Shown here piece by piece: positions 49,048 to 61,075 of a stretch of 64,000 nt of DNA; position 1 is the stretch's first letter; each line of letters starts with the position of its first letter. Origin of the DNA: Thermoplasmata archaeon (lineage in GTDB: Archaea > Thermoplasmatota > Thermoplasmata > RBG-16-68-12); the NCBI GenBank assembly GCA_035636315.1, contig DASPZJ010000048.1, positions 908 to 64,907 of the forward strand, written 5' to 3'. The translations under genes were made by a program, and so were the position numbers. The notes under the pieces are model-generated. The model saw only the letters and a list, made by a program, of their open reading frames with translations, was not told the origin of the DNA and did no database searches.

Positions 49048-49581
49048 ATGGACCGCCAGCGAATGAAGGTCAAGATCTGCCTCGTCGGGGAGGGCGCGGT
49101 CGGCAAGACGTGCCTGATTCGCCGATTCATCCAGGACCAATTCGATGATCGATACATCTCCACGTTGGGCGCGAAGGTCTCGAAGAAGGAGATCAAGGTC
49201 GACGGCCCGAACGGGGGCACGGACATCGACATGACGATCTGGGACATCATGGGCGAGAAGGGATTCCGCGAATTGCTGAAGGAAGCGTACTTCCACGGGG
49301 CCCAAGGCGTCCTCGCCGTGTGCGACGTCACGCGGAGGGAGACGCTCGACGACCTCGACGAATGGGTCGCCGCGGTCGTGAAGGTCACGGGCAACATTCC
49401 GATCGAGTACCTCGCGAACAAAGCGGACCTCCGAGACCAGATGGCGGTGAAGGAAGCCGACGTAAAGCGAGCCGCCGAGTCCCACGGCGCTCCCTGGATG
49501 TTCACGTCGGCGAAGACGGGCGACAACGTCGAGCGCGCGTTCGCAAAGCTCGCGCAGATGATCGCGGGTCCGAGTGCGTGA
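49048..49581 (+). CDS. Rab-like small GTPase, paralog 3 (switch II Glu)
   Basis: GEGAVGKTC, YISTLGAKV, WDIMGEKGF, ANKADL, TSAK; 177 aa. Confidence 0.75.
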   Translation: MDRQRMKVKICLVGEGAVGKTCLIRRFIQDQFDDRYISTLGAKVSKKEIKVDGPNGGTDIDMTIWDIMGEKGFRELLKEAYFHGAQGVLAVCDVTRRETLDDLDEWVAAVVKVTGNIPIEYLANKADLRDQMAVKEADVKRAAESHGAPWMFTSAKTGDNVERAFAKLAQMIAGPSA

Positions 49582-49607
49582 GCCCGTTTCGGTTCGCGAT
49601 TTGTCCC

Positions 49608-49650
49608 GAGAGCGACAGAACTTTTCTGCTCTCTCATTCCTGTCTTCTAG
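49608..49650 (+). terminator. hairpin (GAGAGCGACAGAA-CTTT-TCTGCTCTCTC) followed by T/C-rich tract after GTPase 3
   Basis: Read directly; archaeal-style T-rich terminator. Confidence 0.35.
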
Positions 49651-49715
49651 GTCAAAGTGTTTAAGTAGAAGGCTCGTGTATTCGAACGTGACCAACGCGC
49701 GGGGCCGGTCAAAAC

Positions 49716-51701
49716 ATGGTGGAGACCGCGGGAGAACCGGACGAGCTGCCCCCGGTGGATTCCTGGATTAACAAGGTGGATTTCCGCAGCACCGCCGAGG
49801 TCAAGATCCCGGAGAGGCTCGTCGACCAGGTGATCGGTCAGGAGCGGGCTGTCGAGGTCATCCGGAAGGCTTCGGAGCAGAAGCGGCACGTCATGCTCAT
49901 CGGCGATCCGGGCACCGGCAAGTCGATGCTCGCTCGCGCGATGACGGAACTCCTTCCGCGGGACGAACTCCAGGATATTATCGTCTATCACAACCCCGAG
50001 GACCCGAACGAGCCGAAGATCCGCGTCGTGCCCGCCGGCAAGGGCCGGGAGATCGTCAACGCCCAGAAGGCGGAGGCGATGCAGCGACGCGAACAGAAGG
50101 CCTCGATGGTCATGACGATCGTGTTCTTCATCATCGGCCTCAGCGTGATCATGTCGTATAACTGGGGGGGACCGTCTCCCGGTTTCAACCCGGAAGCGCC
50201 GCAGATCATCCTGTTCGGCATCTTGGTTGCGGCAATCATCTACATCGCGAGCCGCTACACGGGACACCGCCAGGAGAACCTGATGGTGCCCAAGCTCCTC
50301 GTGAGCCACACCCCGGACGAGTCTCCGCCGTTCATCGACGCGACCGGCAGCCACGCGGGCGCCCTCCTCGGGGACGTGAAGCACGACCCGTTCCAGAGCG
50401 GCGGCCTCGAGACGCCCGCCCACGAGCGCGTCGAATCCGGTGCGATTCACAAAGCGCACAAGGGCGTCCTGTTCGTCGACGAGATCAACGTGCTCCGAAT
50501 GGAGAGCCAGCAGTCGCTGCTGACCGCCATGCAGGAGAAGAAGTTCTCCATCGTCGGCCAGAGCGAGCGGTCCTCCGGCGCGATGGTGAAGACGGAAGCC
50601 GTGCCCTGCGATTTCATCCTCGTGGCCGCGGGGAACCTCGACGCCGTGCAAGGCATGCATCCGGCCCTGCGGTCGCGGATCCGCGGTTACGGTTACGAGA
50701 TCTACATGAAGAGCACGATGCCGGACACGGAAGAGAACCGGCTCAAACTCGTGCGATTCGTCGCGCAAGAGGTCTCGAAGGATCGCAAGATCCCCCATTT
50801 CGACCGCACGGCCGTCCTCGAGATCCTGCGAGAGGCGCAGCGCCGCGCGGGTCGACGCGGCCAGCTCACCCTCCGACTGCGCGAGCTCGGCGGCCTCATT
50901 CGGGTCGCGGGCGACATCGCGCAAGAAGAGGGCACGCCACTCGTCACGGCGAAGAACGTCCTCAACGCAAAGCGCATCGCGCGGTCCCTCGAACAGCAGG
51001 TCGCAGACCGAATGATTGAACGCGGCAAGGAGTACCAGACGTTCATCACGGAAGGCGCGATTGTGGGCATGGTGAACGGCCTCGCGGTGCTCGTCGGCGA
51101 CAACTCGATCGCGGAGTTCAGCGGGATCGTCCTCCCAATCGCGGCGGAGGTCACGCCGGCCCAGGCGAAGCAGGGCGGACGGATCATCGCCACGGGCCGA
51201 CTCGGGGAGATCGCGAAGGAGGCCGTCGAGAACGTCGCCGCCCTGATCAAGAAGTACACGGGCGAAGACATCTCGAATCATGACATCCACGTGCAGTTCG
51301 TCGGCTCGCGGGAAGGGACGGAGGGCGACAGCGCCTCGATCTCCGTCGCCACGGCGGTGATCAGCGCCCTCGAGGAAGTCCCGGTCAGCCAAGCGGTCGC
51401 GATGACGGGCTCGCTGAGCGTCCGCGGGCAGGTCCTGCCCGTCGGCGGCGTCACGGCGAAGATCGAGGCGGCCGCGGAACTCGGGATCAAGAAGGTCGTG
51501 ATTCCCCGAACGAACCTCAAAGACGTCCTGCTCGAGGACAAATACCAGGGAAAGATCGAGATCGTCCCGGTTGACACGCTGAGCGAGGTGCTCGAACAGG
51601 CCCTCGTCGGCCCGAAGAAGTCCGGGTTGATCAGCAAGCTTGCGGCTCTCGTCCCCAAGATGACCCCGGACAAGCCAGGCCCTGCAGCGGTCCCTCACTG
51701 A
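49716..51701 (+). CDS. lonB: archaeal membrane-bound Lon protease (LonB)
   Basis: Walker A GDPGTGKS, two TM helices inserted in AAA domain, Lon protease domain with catalytic Ser (MTGSLSVRGQ) and Lys. Confidence 0.9.
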   Translation: MVETAGEPDELPPVDSWINKVDFRSTAEVKIPERLVDQVIGQERAVEVIRKASEQKRHVMLIGDPGTGKSMLARAMTELLPRDELQDIIVYHNPEDPNEPKIRVVPAGKGREIVNAQKAEAMQRREQKASMVMTIVFFIIGLSVIMSYNWGGPSPGFNPEAPQIILFGILVAAIIYIASRYTGHRQENLMVPKLLVSHTPDESPPFIDATGSHAGALLGDVKHDPFQSGGLETPAHERVESGAIHKAHKGVLFVDEINVLRMESQQSLLTAMQEKKFSIVGQSERSSGAMVKTEAVPCDFILVAAGNLDAVQGMHPALRSRIRGYGYEIYMKSTMPDTEENRLKLVRFVAQEVSKDRKIPHFDRTAVLEILREAQRRAGRRGQLTLRLRELGGLIRVAGDIAQEEGTPLVTAKNVLNAKRIARSLEQQVADRMIERGKEYQTFITEGAIVGMVNGLAVLVGDNSIAEFSGIVLPIAAEVTPAQAKQGGRIIATGRLGEIAKEAVENVAALIKKYTGEDISNHDIHVQFVGSREGTEGDSASISVATAVISALEEVPVSQAVAMTGSLSVRGQVLPVGGVTAKIEAAAELGIKKVVIPRTNLKDVLLEDKYQGKIEIVPVDTLSEVLEQALVGPKKSGLISKLAALVPKMTPDKPGPAAVPH

Positions 51702-51720
51702 GTCGCCTCGGAGGGACCCC

Positions 51721-51888
51721 ATGGAAGATGCGCCCGAGCCGTTCGAATTCTCCGAACCGATGCCCTGCTACGAGCCGAATCCGGCCCTGGCCCCCGGGCA
51801 AGAGGACGGCCGCTGCGTGCACTGCCGCAAGTTCCTGACGCTCGAGTGCCCGTACATCGAGCACTTCCTCGGAGAGGATGAGGAGTGA
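51721..51888 (+). CDS. small Cys-containing (putative zinc-binding) protein, 55 aa
   Basis: MEDAPEPFEFSEPMPCYEPNPALAPGQEDGRCVHCRKFLTLECPYIEHFLGEDEE; stop overlaps GTG start of nadM (GTGA); below ORF-track cutoff. Confidence 0.4.
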   Translation: MEDAPEPFEFSEPMPCYEPNPALAPGQEDGRCVHCRKFLTLECPYIEHFLGEDEE

Positions 51889-52430
51889 GCGGGAGAGCCT
51901 TCTTCATCGGGCGGTTCCAGCCGTTCCACCGGGGCCATCTCGCGACGGTGCGGCGGATCCTGGAGACGCACGACGAGATCATCGTCGGGATCGGCTCGGC
52001 GCAGTACAGCCACACCGGCGAGAACCCCTTCACCGCCGGGGAGCGGTACGAGATGATCAAGCGCGCCCTCGATGCGGAGGGCATCCACAACTACCACATC
52101 GTGCCGATTCCGGACACGCATGTGCACAGCGTCTGGGTGAGCCACGTCCTCTCCCTCGTGCCGCGCTTCGACGTCGTGTACTCGAACTCCGACCTGGTGG
52201 TCCGGCTCTTCCGGGAACACGGGTTCAAGGTCCTCTCACCGCCCCTCGTGGACCGGGAGCGGCTGTCCGGGACCCGCGTGCGGGAAGCGATGCTGAAAGG
52301 CGGCGACTGGCAATCGCTTGTCCCCGGCGTCGTCGCGGAGTACGTCAACGAGATCGACGGGGTCGAACGGATCCGAGAGACGCACAAGTACTCGACGCCG
52401 TACGGCACCCGTGAGAACCACGACGAATGA
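51885..52430 (+). CDS. nadM: nicotinamide-nucleotide adenylyltransferase (archaeal NadM type)
   Basis: FIGRFQPFHRGH (HxGH-type nucleotidyltransferase), ~180 aa. Confidence 0.85.
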   Translation: MSGRAFFIGRFQPFHRGHLATVRRILETHDEIIVGIGSAQYSHTGENPFTAGERYEMIKRALDAEGIHNYHIVPIPDTHVHSVWVSHVLSLVPRFDVVYSNSDLVVRLFREHGFKVLSPPLVDRERLSGTRVREAMLKGGDWQSLVPGVVAEYVNEIDGVERIRETHKYSTPYGTRENHDE

Positions 52431-52603
52431 GAAAGCACACCCGTCCGCGACCCTTCCGAGGACGGGCGCCGGCAGGCATCCCTCCAGAACGAGCGTTCGT
52501 TCGCCTAGATTCCTGCCTCATCCTGTCACGGCCTCTCGGGTCATAATGCATGGTTACCTGGAAGTTACCAGCGAATGTTCCGTTCTCGACGTTCCCCGAC
52601 GGC

Positions 52604-53428
52604 TCACCACGAGATCAGGTAGCCGCAGTACGGGTCGTCCTTCAGCATGCAGGCGACTTTCGTCACGGTCCCTTGGATCCCGATGAGCGCGAGGAACCCT
52701 TCGTAGGTCCCAAGCCACGCCGCGCATCGCGCCGGGCTGCTCATCCAGTCGTAGTGCTTCATGAGCGCCCGACGGTCCTGGACATCGACTTCGAGACGGC
52801 CATGGTTGTAGTCCCGGTTGTACGCGTTCGGCGAGAGCTCCAGGAGGAGGGGGAGCGGGAGCGCCCGGGTCAGGAGGCGGCGGAGGGACGCGAAATTGCG
52901 GGCCTCCTCGCGGAGCATGGTCCTCGTCGCTTCGTACGTCCCGTCGCCGAAGCGGGATTCGACAAGATCCAGGACCTCCAGCACGGATCGCAGCGGATAC
53001 CACCGGTCGACGTCCAGGCGGGCGGGGTCGATGCCCGCTTCGAGCAGCAACGAATCCGCCGCCGTCCGGCCGCGCCTGACGGATACCCAATGATGGTAGT
53101 TCCGAAACTGGCTCCCCCGCACCATCGGCGCGACGAGCCGGTCTCCGCGCGCATCCGCAACCTCGCTGAAGACCGCGACGCCGAGGTTCGTCGGCGCATA
53201 GAGCTTCCCCCGGCGCTCCGCGCCGACCGATCGAACAAGGCCCGCGCGGACGAGCTCGCCGAGCGTCCGGCTCACGTGCGGGAGCCGCAGGCCGGTGTTC
53301 TTCGCGAGCTGCCCGGGCGTCTTCGGACCCGGGATGACGGCGGCGAGGACCTTCTCACGCTGCCGACTCGCGATCACGTACGAGAGCCGCTCGAGCGAAT
53401 CCGGAGGACGGGCGCGAACCGAGTCCAT
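52604..53428 (-). CDS. transcriptional regulator: N-terminal winged HTH + C-terminal V4R-like domain (tentative)
   Basis: LERLSYVIASRQREKVLAAVIPGPKTPGQLAKNTGLRLPHVSRTLGELVRAGLV HTH; C-terminal KVACMLKDDPYCGYLISW two-Cys motif. Confidence 0.5.
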   Translation of the reverse strand: MDSVRARPPDSLERLSYVIASRQREKVLAAVIPGPKTPGQLAKNTGLRLPHVSRTLGELVRAGLVRSVGAERRGKLYAPTNLGVAVFSEVADARGDRLVAPMVRGSQFRNYHHWVSVRRGRTAADSLLLEAGIDPARLDVDRWYPLRSVLEVLDLVESRFGDGTYEATRTMLREEARNFASLRRLLTRALPLPLLLELSPNAYNRDYNHGRLEVDVQDRRALMKHYDWMSSPARCAAWLGTYEGFLALIGIQGTVTKVACMLKDDPYCGYLISW

Positions 53429-53477
53429 CCTGGTTCCCGTGAGGCTGCCAATGTGGCTCGGACCTCATTACCCTTTC

Positions 53478-54800
53478 TCAGGCAGTCGCGAGGTAGCCGA
53501 TGAGGACCGGGACGAGGAGAGACGCCATCAGATGCACCCGCCGGACGCGGAGCGAGATTGGGACGAGACCGACGACCGCGGCCAGCGACGCGATGGCGAG
53601 GCCGACCGGACCGGAGACGACCGCGAGGAGGGCGACGAGCGCGACGAGGGACGCGCCGCAGACGCGACGCGGGTCCGCCGTCGACGAACGCGATGCCACC
53701 CAGCGGGCCATGCGGACGGCGAGGGGCGCGGCGACGGCCGTCGCGAGGACGGTCCCCACAATTAAGACGGCCAGCGACGCCGGGACCCGGAGTGGATCTG
53801 GCCAAGACCCGACCTCGGGCAGCAGCCGATCCACGGCGACGGCCGCGCCGCTGCGCGAGCGATGGATCATGTAGAGGACCGCGACGCTCAGGAGGGCGGT
53901 CGAGCTGGACACCGCCCCGAGGACGACCATGAACTGCGACGGACCCGTCGACTTCCGGACGCGCAGGGAGGCCAAGGTCGCCGCCGCACCGCCGCTCAGG
54001 CCCGGGAGCCACGAGACGCTCGCGCCCGCGAGCGTGCCGCGAATCGATGAGCGGACGTCCATCCGGTTGATTGCGCGCAGAGGTTCGAGCCGCTGCGGCG
54101 GGATCGTGCCGGGCCCCGCCCTCAGTCCGATGAGCAGGCTCGGGATCCCGAAGAGCCCGGAGAACAACGGGAACAGGATCACTCCAGCGTCGAGCGAGGT
54201 CGGTCCTCGCAATGTCGCCACACCGAGAGCCCCGGCGAGGGCCTGGACCCATGCCGCCCTCCAGACTCGACGGGCCTTCCCTCCGCGGGACTCGGACACG
54301 AGCAACGCCCCGAGGACGAACGCCAGGAACACGGCGGACCACGGTCGAAAGAGGTCCGCGAGCCCGATCGGATCCGAGAGGACGGCCCGCAAGGGGATCA
54401 GCGCGAGCACCGCGAACGCTGTGCCGAGCACGACGCCCCGCGCCGCGAGGGCGACCGCCTTCGCCCCCTGTCCGACCCGGAGGAGGCGATGGCCGGGCAA
54501 CGCGGCCAGCGCGGTGTCCTCGCTGGGTGCGCCCAAGAACACGCTCGGGATGAAGTCGAAGACGGCGTGGGCGGCCGCGGTCGCGAGCAGGTAGAGCGCG
54601 AGGAAGATGCCGACGCCGCTCGCCGCGGTGGCTTCCGGGAGGATCGACGCGAGGAACGCCGCCCACGCGGGTTCGGTCGCCAAGACGAATGCGGCAACGT
54701 TGTTCACATGCAACCCCGGCGAAAGGCCGGTCACGATGCCGGTGAGGACGCCGAGCATCACGACGAGGACGAAGCCGAGGAGGAACGCCGCGAGGAGCAC
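53478..54800 (-). CDS. TctA-family (DUF112) large membrane permease
   Basis: 440 aa, ~12 TM, repeated G..PG..G motifs (GLSPGL, LPGLSGGAA). Confidence 0.55.
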   Translation of the reverse strand: MLLAAFLLGFVLVVMLGVLTGIVTGLSPGLHVNNVAAFVLATEPAWAAFLASILPEATAASGVGIFLALYLLATAAAHAVFDFIPSVFLGAPSEDTALAALPGHRLLRVGQGAKAVALAARGVVLGTAFAVLALIPLRAVLSDPIGLADLFRPWSAVFLAFVLGALLVSESRGGKARRVWRAAWVQALAGALGVATLRGPTSLDAGVILFPLFSGLFGIPSLLIGLRAGPGTIPPQRLEPLRAINRMDVRSSIRGTLAGASVSWLPGLSGGAAATLASLRVRKSTGPSQFMVVLGAVSSSTALLSVAVLYMIHRSRSGAAVAVDRLLPEVGSWPDPLRVPASLAVLIVGTVLATAVAAPLAVRMARWVASRSSTADPRRVCGASLVALVALLAVVSGPVGLAIASLAAVVGLVPISLRVRRVHLMASLLVPVLIGYLATA

Positions 54801-54854
54801 GCGAGCGGAGCGTGCGTCCGGAAGGTGAAGGTCCGCGGTGCAGGTAGGCTACAC

Positions 54855-56419
<1,565 letters not shown>

Positions 56420-56423
<4 letters not shown>

Positions 56424-58351
56424 GTGCCCACCTCGATCACGAGCAGGCCGGGAGGTCGGATCGACACGCGCGCGTCCGGAGGGACGACGGTCGTCGCGTG
56501 GTCCTCTTCGATGATGGCGGGTCCATCGACTTCGGCGGCGATTCCGAGCGAATCGCGATGCACGACCTGGGCATCCAGCCATCCGTCCTCGAACAGAACT
56601 CGTCGGTGGCCGGGTGGACGCGATGCGCGGGTCGGTCGGGCCGGAGTTCGGACGGGCCTCGGGACCCGCACCGCGAGACGGACCGTGACGAGCTCGATCG
56701 GTTCATGACGGGATACGTATCCATATCGAGCTCGATGGGCGCGTCGGAAGGACGCCGCAAGGTCTCCGCGGAGCGGGACGCTTAGCTCATAACTCTGACC
56801 GCGAAAGCGAAGGTCGACGGTCGCGTCCATGAGCGCGCGCCGGGGATCGAACCCCTGGGATTCGAGATCCGATCGCGCACGCTCCTTGAATTCCTCAATC
56901 ACCCGCGCGATCGCCGGCCCCGCGCGGTCGAGTGGACGTACGACGCTGCGGCTGTACTCCCGACCGACGGGAGAGATGAGGACGCCGTAGGCGGAGAACG
57001 CCCCGGGCAAGAACGGCACGACGACGGTCCGCATGCCAATCTCGCGCGCGAGCGCGACGGCGTGCATCGGGCCGGCACCGCCGAAGGCGAGGAGCGCCTG
57101 TTCCGTTGGATCGACCCCGCGGCGGGCGAGCACGAGGCGCATCGCCTTCGCCATCGAGGCTCGGACGACCCGTTGCACCCCGAGCACCGTCTCGTCGGCC
57201 GAAATCCGGAGGTCGGCCGCGAGCCGTTCGACCGCCTTCGCGGCGAGTTCCTTGCGCAGCGGGAGCGCGCCTCCGAGAAGTCCAGGGCCCAACGCTCCGC
57301 CTACGAGGTCCGCATCGGTCACCGTGACGCGGTCGCCGCCCTTGCCGTACGCGACGGGTCCGGGGTCCGCCCCCGCGCTCTCCGGTCCGACCCGCAACGC
57401 ACCCCCGGGATCGATCACGGCGAGGCTCCCGCCGCCGGCCCCCACCGACTCGATGTCGACGACGGGCAATGCAAGCGGGAAGGTGTCGATGACCGCCTCC
57501 GTCGTCCAAGTGGGCTGGCCGTTCTCCAAGACGGAGAAGTCGGCACTTGTCCCGCCCATGTCGAACGTCATTAGGTATCGAAGTCCCGGCGCGCGGGCGA
57601 CCGATGCCGCCGCGGCCACGCCTCCCGCGGGGCCGCTGAGGACCATGTCGATCGGCCGCCGAACGACCGCGCGGTCCGTGGTCACGCTCCCGGACGAACG
57701 CATGACGAGGAAGCCCTTGCGGAGGGAAGCGTCCAGCGCGGCGAGGTACCGAGTCACGAGCGGCTTCACGTACGCGTCGAGGACCGTCGTCGACGAGCGT
57801 TCGTATTCTCGAAATTCCGCGAGGACTTCGTGGCTCACGGAAATCGGGAGGTCGCCCAAGGCCCGGGCCATCGCTCGTTCGTGCTGGGGACGGAGGAACG
57901 AGAACAGCAGCGAAACCGCGACCGACTCCGCTCCCGACTTGCGCACCGCCCGCACCACGCGTTGGATTTCTCGGGGTGTCGGGCGCAACAACGGACGGCC
58001 GCGCGCGTCGACGCGTTCGCGGAGTCCAAAGCACCCCTCGCGCGGCACGGGAGACGAGGGTCGCGTCACGCGGAAGTCGTATAGCGACGGGCGATCCTGC
58101 CGTGCAATCGTGAGCAGGTCTTCGAACCCCGCAGTCGTGATGAACGCAACGCGCGCACCCTTCCGCTCGAGGATCGCGTTCGTCGCCACGGTGGTCCCGT
58201 GGGACATCCCTGTGGCACCGAGTTCCCGCATCCCCGTGAGGACCGCCCCCGACGGGTCGCGAGTCGTCGGCAGCTTCGCCGAGATCACGGCGCGGCCATG
58301 GAAGCCGACGAAGTCCGTGAACGTCCCGCCGACATCCACACCGACGTCCAC
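56420..58351 (-). CDS. hyuA: hydantoinase A / oxoprolinase family protein (HyuA)
   Basis: MDVGVDVGGTFTDFV..., TFDMGGTSADFSV motifs; 643 aa. Confidence 0.85.
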
Positions 58352-58360
58352 GCCGGGGAA

Positions 58361-58864
58361 TCACGCGGACCGGGTCAATGATTGCGGCAGCTCGGGAATC
58401 CCGCGTATCCGGAACACGACGGAGAAAAGACCGGTGACCACCATCACGATGCCGGGGATGAACGCCGGCCAGAACGGCAGGAACACTTCTTGACATCCCC
58501 CCGGATCCGCGCACTGCAAGAAAAACGAATAGTTGAATCCGTGGAAGACCAATGCGATTCCGACGGCGAGGCTCACGGAGCCATACGTTAGGAAAAAAAC
58601 ACGCCTCCGCTCGTCGCCGGCCTCAAGTGGATCGACCAAGGCTGCGGCAACGCCGAATATCCCGGTGGCAAGTAGCGCGACGCTCGGGATCAGGGTCGCC
58701 AAGTACGGTCGGAACACGGTCTGAGGCTCCGTCTCACCCGGCGGTGTGAAGGTAAACCAAGATTGCTCAATCGAGTACTGAGCTAGATACGTGCCCGCGA
58801 CGAATGAGGCGAGCCCAACCAGCACCAACGCCGCGACCGCGCGAGAAAGGGCCGTACGGGGCAT
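58361..58864 (-). CDS. 4-TM small membrane protein, possibly TctB-like partner of the TctA-family permease
   Basis: 167 aa, four TM helices; first gene of minus-strand cluster membrane-hyuA-hyuB-tctA-regulator. Confidence 0.4.
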   Translation of the reverse strand: MPRTALSRAVAALVLVGLASFVAGTYLAQYSIEQSWFTFTPPGETEPQTVFRPYLATLIPSVALLATGIFGVAAALVDPLEAGDERRRVFFLTYGSVSLAVGIALVFHGFNYSFFLQCADPGGCQEVFLPFWPAFIPGIVMVVTGLFSVVFRIRGIPELPQSLTRSA

Positions 58865-59024
58865 CTTGGCCTCGATTCGGAAGTAGTTTTCGGAATCGTT
58901 CGGAACGCCGAGAACAATCCCGTTTGGGCCATCCGAACGCGTGCGCCCGGAGAAGGTAGAAATCGTCCGGACCCCCGCCCCGCCGGCCCGGACGTGGATT
59001 GGGTTGTTCCCGGGGCCGGTCGTC

Positions 59025-60371
59025 TCAGGCGTTGCCGTTGTTCTTCAGGGAGCCCTCCATGAACTGTCGATATCCTTCGAGGTCCAGCAGCCCGTGGCCG
59101 CTGTAGTTGAACGCGATCACCGTCTCCTCGTTCCGGGCCTTCGCTTCGAGGGCCAGGTCGATCGCCCCGCGAATCGCGTGGCACGTCTCCGGTGCCGGGA
59201 TGAGTCCCTCGGTCTTCGCGAAGATTTGACCCGCTTCGAACGTGCTCAGCTGGTCCACGGCGCGCGGCTCGACGATCCCGGCATCTAGGAGCACGCTGAG
59301 CGTCGCGGCGGTCCCGTGGTACCGCAATCCGCCCGCGTGGATGCGCGGCGGCACGAAGGTGTGGCCGAGCGTGTGCATCTTGACGAGCGGCGTCATCTCG
59401 CCCGTGTCGCCGAAGTCGTACTCGTATTTGCCCTGGGTCATCGACGGGACGGATACCGGCTCGACCGCGACGAAGCGCGTCTCGGACCGGCCGTGGAGAC
59501 GTTCGCCGATCATCGGGTAGGCGAAGCCCGCGAAGTTCGATCCGCCGCCGACGCTGCCCACCATGTAGTCTGGGGTGACGTCCGCGATCTCGAGCTGCCG
59601 GATCACCTCTTGGCCGATGATCGTCTGATGCATGAGGACGTGGTTCAGCACGCTGCCCAGGGAGTACTTCGTGTTCGTCCCGGTGACGGCGGCCTCGATC
59701 GCCTCGGAGATCGCGATGCCGAGAGAGCCGGGGTGGTCGGGGTCCGCGGCGAGGATCTTCTTCCCGACGTTCGTGCGGTCGCTGGGGCTCGGGATCACCT
59801 CCGCCCCGTAGAGCTGCATCACGTACTTCCGGTACGGCTTCTGGTCGTACGAGACGCGGACCATGAAGACCTTCGCCTTCATCCCGAAGTAGTTCGCCGC
59901 GAGGGCGAGCGCGGACCCCCACTGGCCCGCGCCGGTCTCCGTGGCGTACGCCTCGACGCCCTCCCGGCTCGCGAAGTACGCTTGCGCGAACGCCGTGTTC
60001 GGCTTGTGCGAGCCGACGGGCGAGAGATCCTCCCGCTTGTAATAGATCCGCGCGGGCGTCTTGAGGAACGCCTCGAGGCGCGTCGCGCGGTAGAGCGGCG
60101 TCGGCCGGCCGATCCGGAAGTACGCCTCGCGCAACGCTTCCGGAATCGGCTCCGCTCGGTTCGGACTCATCTCCTGCCGGATCAGCTCCCTGGGGAACAG
60201 GGGCTCGAACGCCTGGGGGGGCACGGGCTCCTTCGTCCCCGGATGCAGGTAGGGCGGGAACGGCGCCGGGAGGTCCGGGAGGATGTTGTACCAGGCTTTC
60301 GGCAGGTCCTCGGTGTCGAGGAGGATCTTCACGTCGCTCGCACCCGCCGATTCCGGTTTCAAAGCCTGCAT
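59025..60371 (-). CDS. trpB2: tryptophan synthase beta-like protein, TrpB2 type
   Basis: 448 aa; PLP-lysine region [17 protein letters not shown]; TrpB2 length and N-terminal extension. Confidence 0.85.
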   Translation of the reverse strand: MQALKPESAGASDVKILLDTEDLPKAWYNILPDLPAPFPPYLHPGTKEPVPPQAFEPLFPRELIRQEMSPNRAEPIPEALREAYFRIGRPTPLYRATRLEAFLKTPARIYYKREDLSPVGSHKPNTAFAQAYFASREGVEAYATETGAGQWGSALALAANYFGMKAKVFMVRVSYDQKPYRKYVMQLYGAEVIPSPSDRTNVGKKILAADPDHPGSLGIAISEAIEAAVTGTNTKYSLGSVLNHVLMHQTIIGQEVIRQLEIADVTPDYMVGSVGGGSNFAGFAYPMIGERLHGRSETRFVAVEPVSVPSMTQGKYEYDFGDTGEMTPLVKMHTLGHTFVPPRIHAGGLRYHGTAATLSVLLDAGIVEPRAVDQLSTFEAGQIFAKTEGLIPAPETCHAIRGAIDLALEAKARNEETVIAFNYSGHGLLDLEGYRQFMEGSLKNNGNA

Positions 60372-60503
60372 GGGACCACGATGTCCGGAGGATGGATAAT
60401 TTGCACACTATATAACGATTCTGTTCTATGATGTATCTTTTATAACTCTGAGTGACGAAAACATTAACCCTCAGAGCGCTCTTCCGTACATTGGGCCAGG
60501 CAC

Positions 60504-61004
60504 ATGTGGGCACGGTTCCGTCCTTACTTCAAAGGGTTCCCGGCGCAGGAGAAGGTCGCGCAGCTCATGGTCGTCTACGGGCTGCGGGTGCATGAGGGGA
60601 GCGTGTTCGCCGGCGACATCAAGCTGTCGGACACGGCGATGGCCCGCGCCGCCGGGGTGGACCGCCGCGTCGTCACCGCGACCGTCGAGACGATCGACCG
60701 GAACGGCGAGTTGAAAGCGTTCTTCGACAAGCTCCGGCCCGTGTGCCACCTCCGGGAAATTGCGCCGCTGATGAACTGGGGGGCGATCGAGATCGTGCCG
60801 ACGAACGCCTCGAAGCCCGGCATCCTCGCGGGCGTGGCGGCGATCATCGCGCAGGCCGGCATTTCGATCCGGCAGGCGATCATGGACGACCCGGAGATCG
60901 TCGACGATCCGCACGGGTTCATCGTGACCGAGGCGCCCGTACCCGAGCGGTTGCTCCCGCAGATCAAGCAGGTCGACGGGGTCAAGTCCGTCGTCTTGCA
61001 TTGA
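60504..61004 (+). CDS. ACT-domain-containing putative regulator of amino-acid metabolism (COG2150-like)
   Basis: 166 aa; C-terminal GILAGVAAIIAQAGISIRQAIMDD ACT-like; divergent from trpB2. Confidence 0.45.
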   Translation: MWARFRPYFKGFPAQEKVAQLMVVYGLRVHEGSVFAGDIKLSDTAMARAAGVDRRVVTATVETIDRNGELKAFFDKLRPVCHLREIAPLMNWGAIEIVPTNASKPGILAGVAAIIAQAGISIRQAIMDDPEIVDDPHGFIVTEAPVPERLLPQIKQVDGVKSVVLH

Positions 61005-61075
61005 GCCCGGGCGATGCGTCTCGTCCTAACGTCGAGCCGACACCCTTTTCCCGCGAAGACCCGTGGCGGGTGCCT

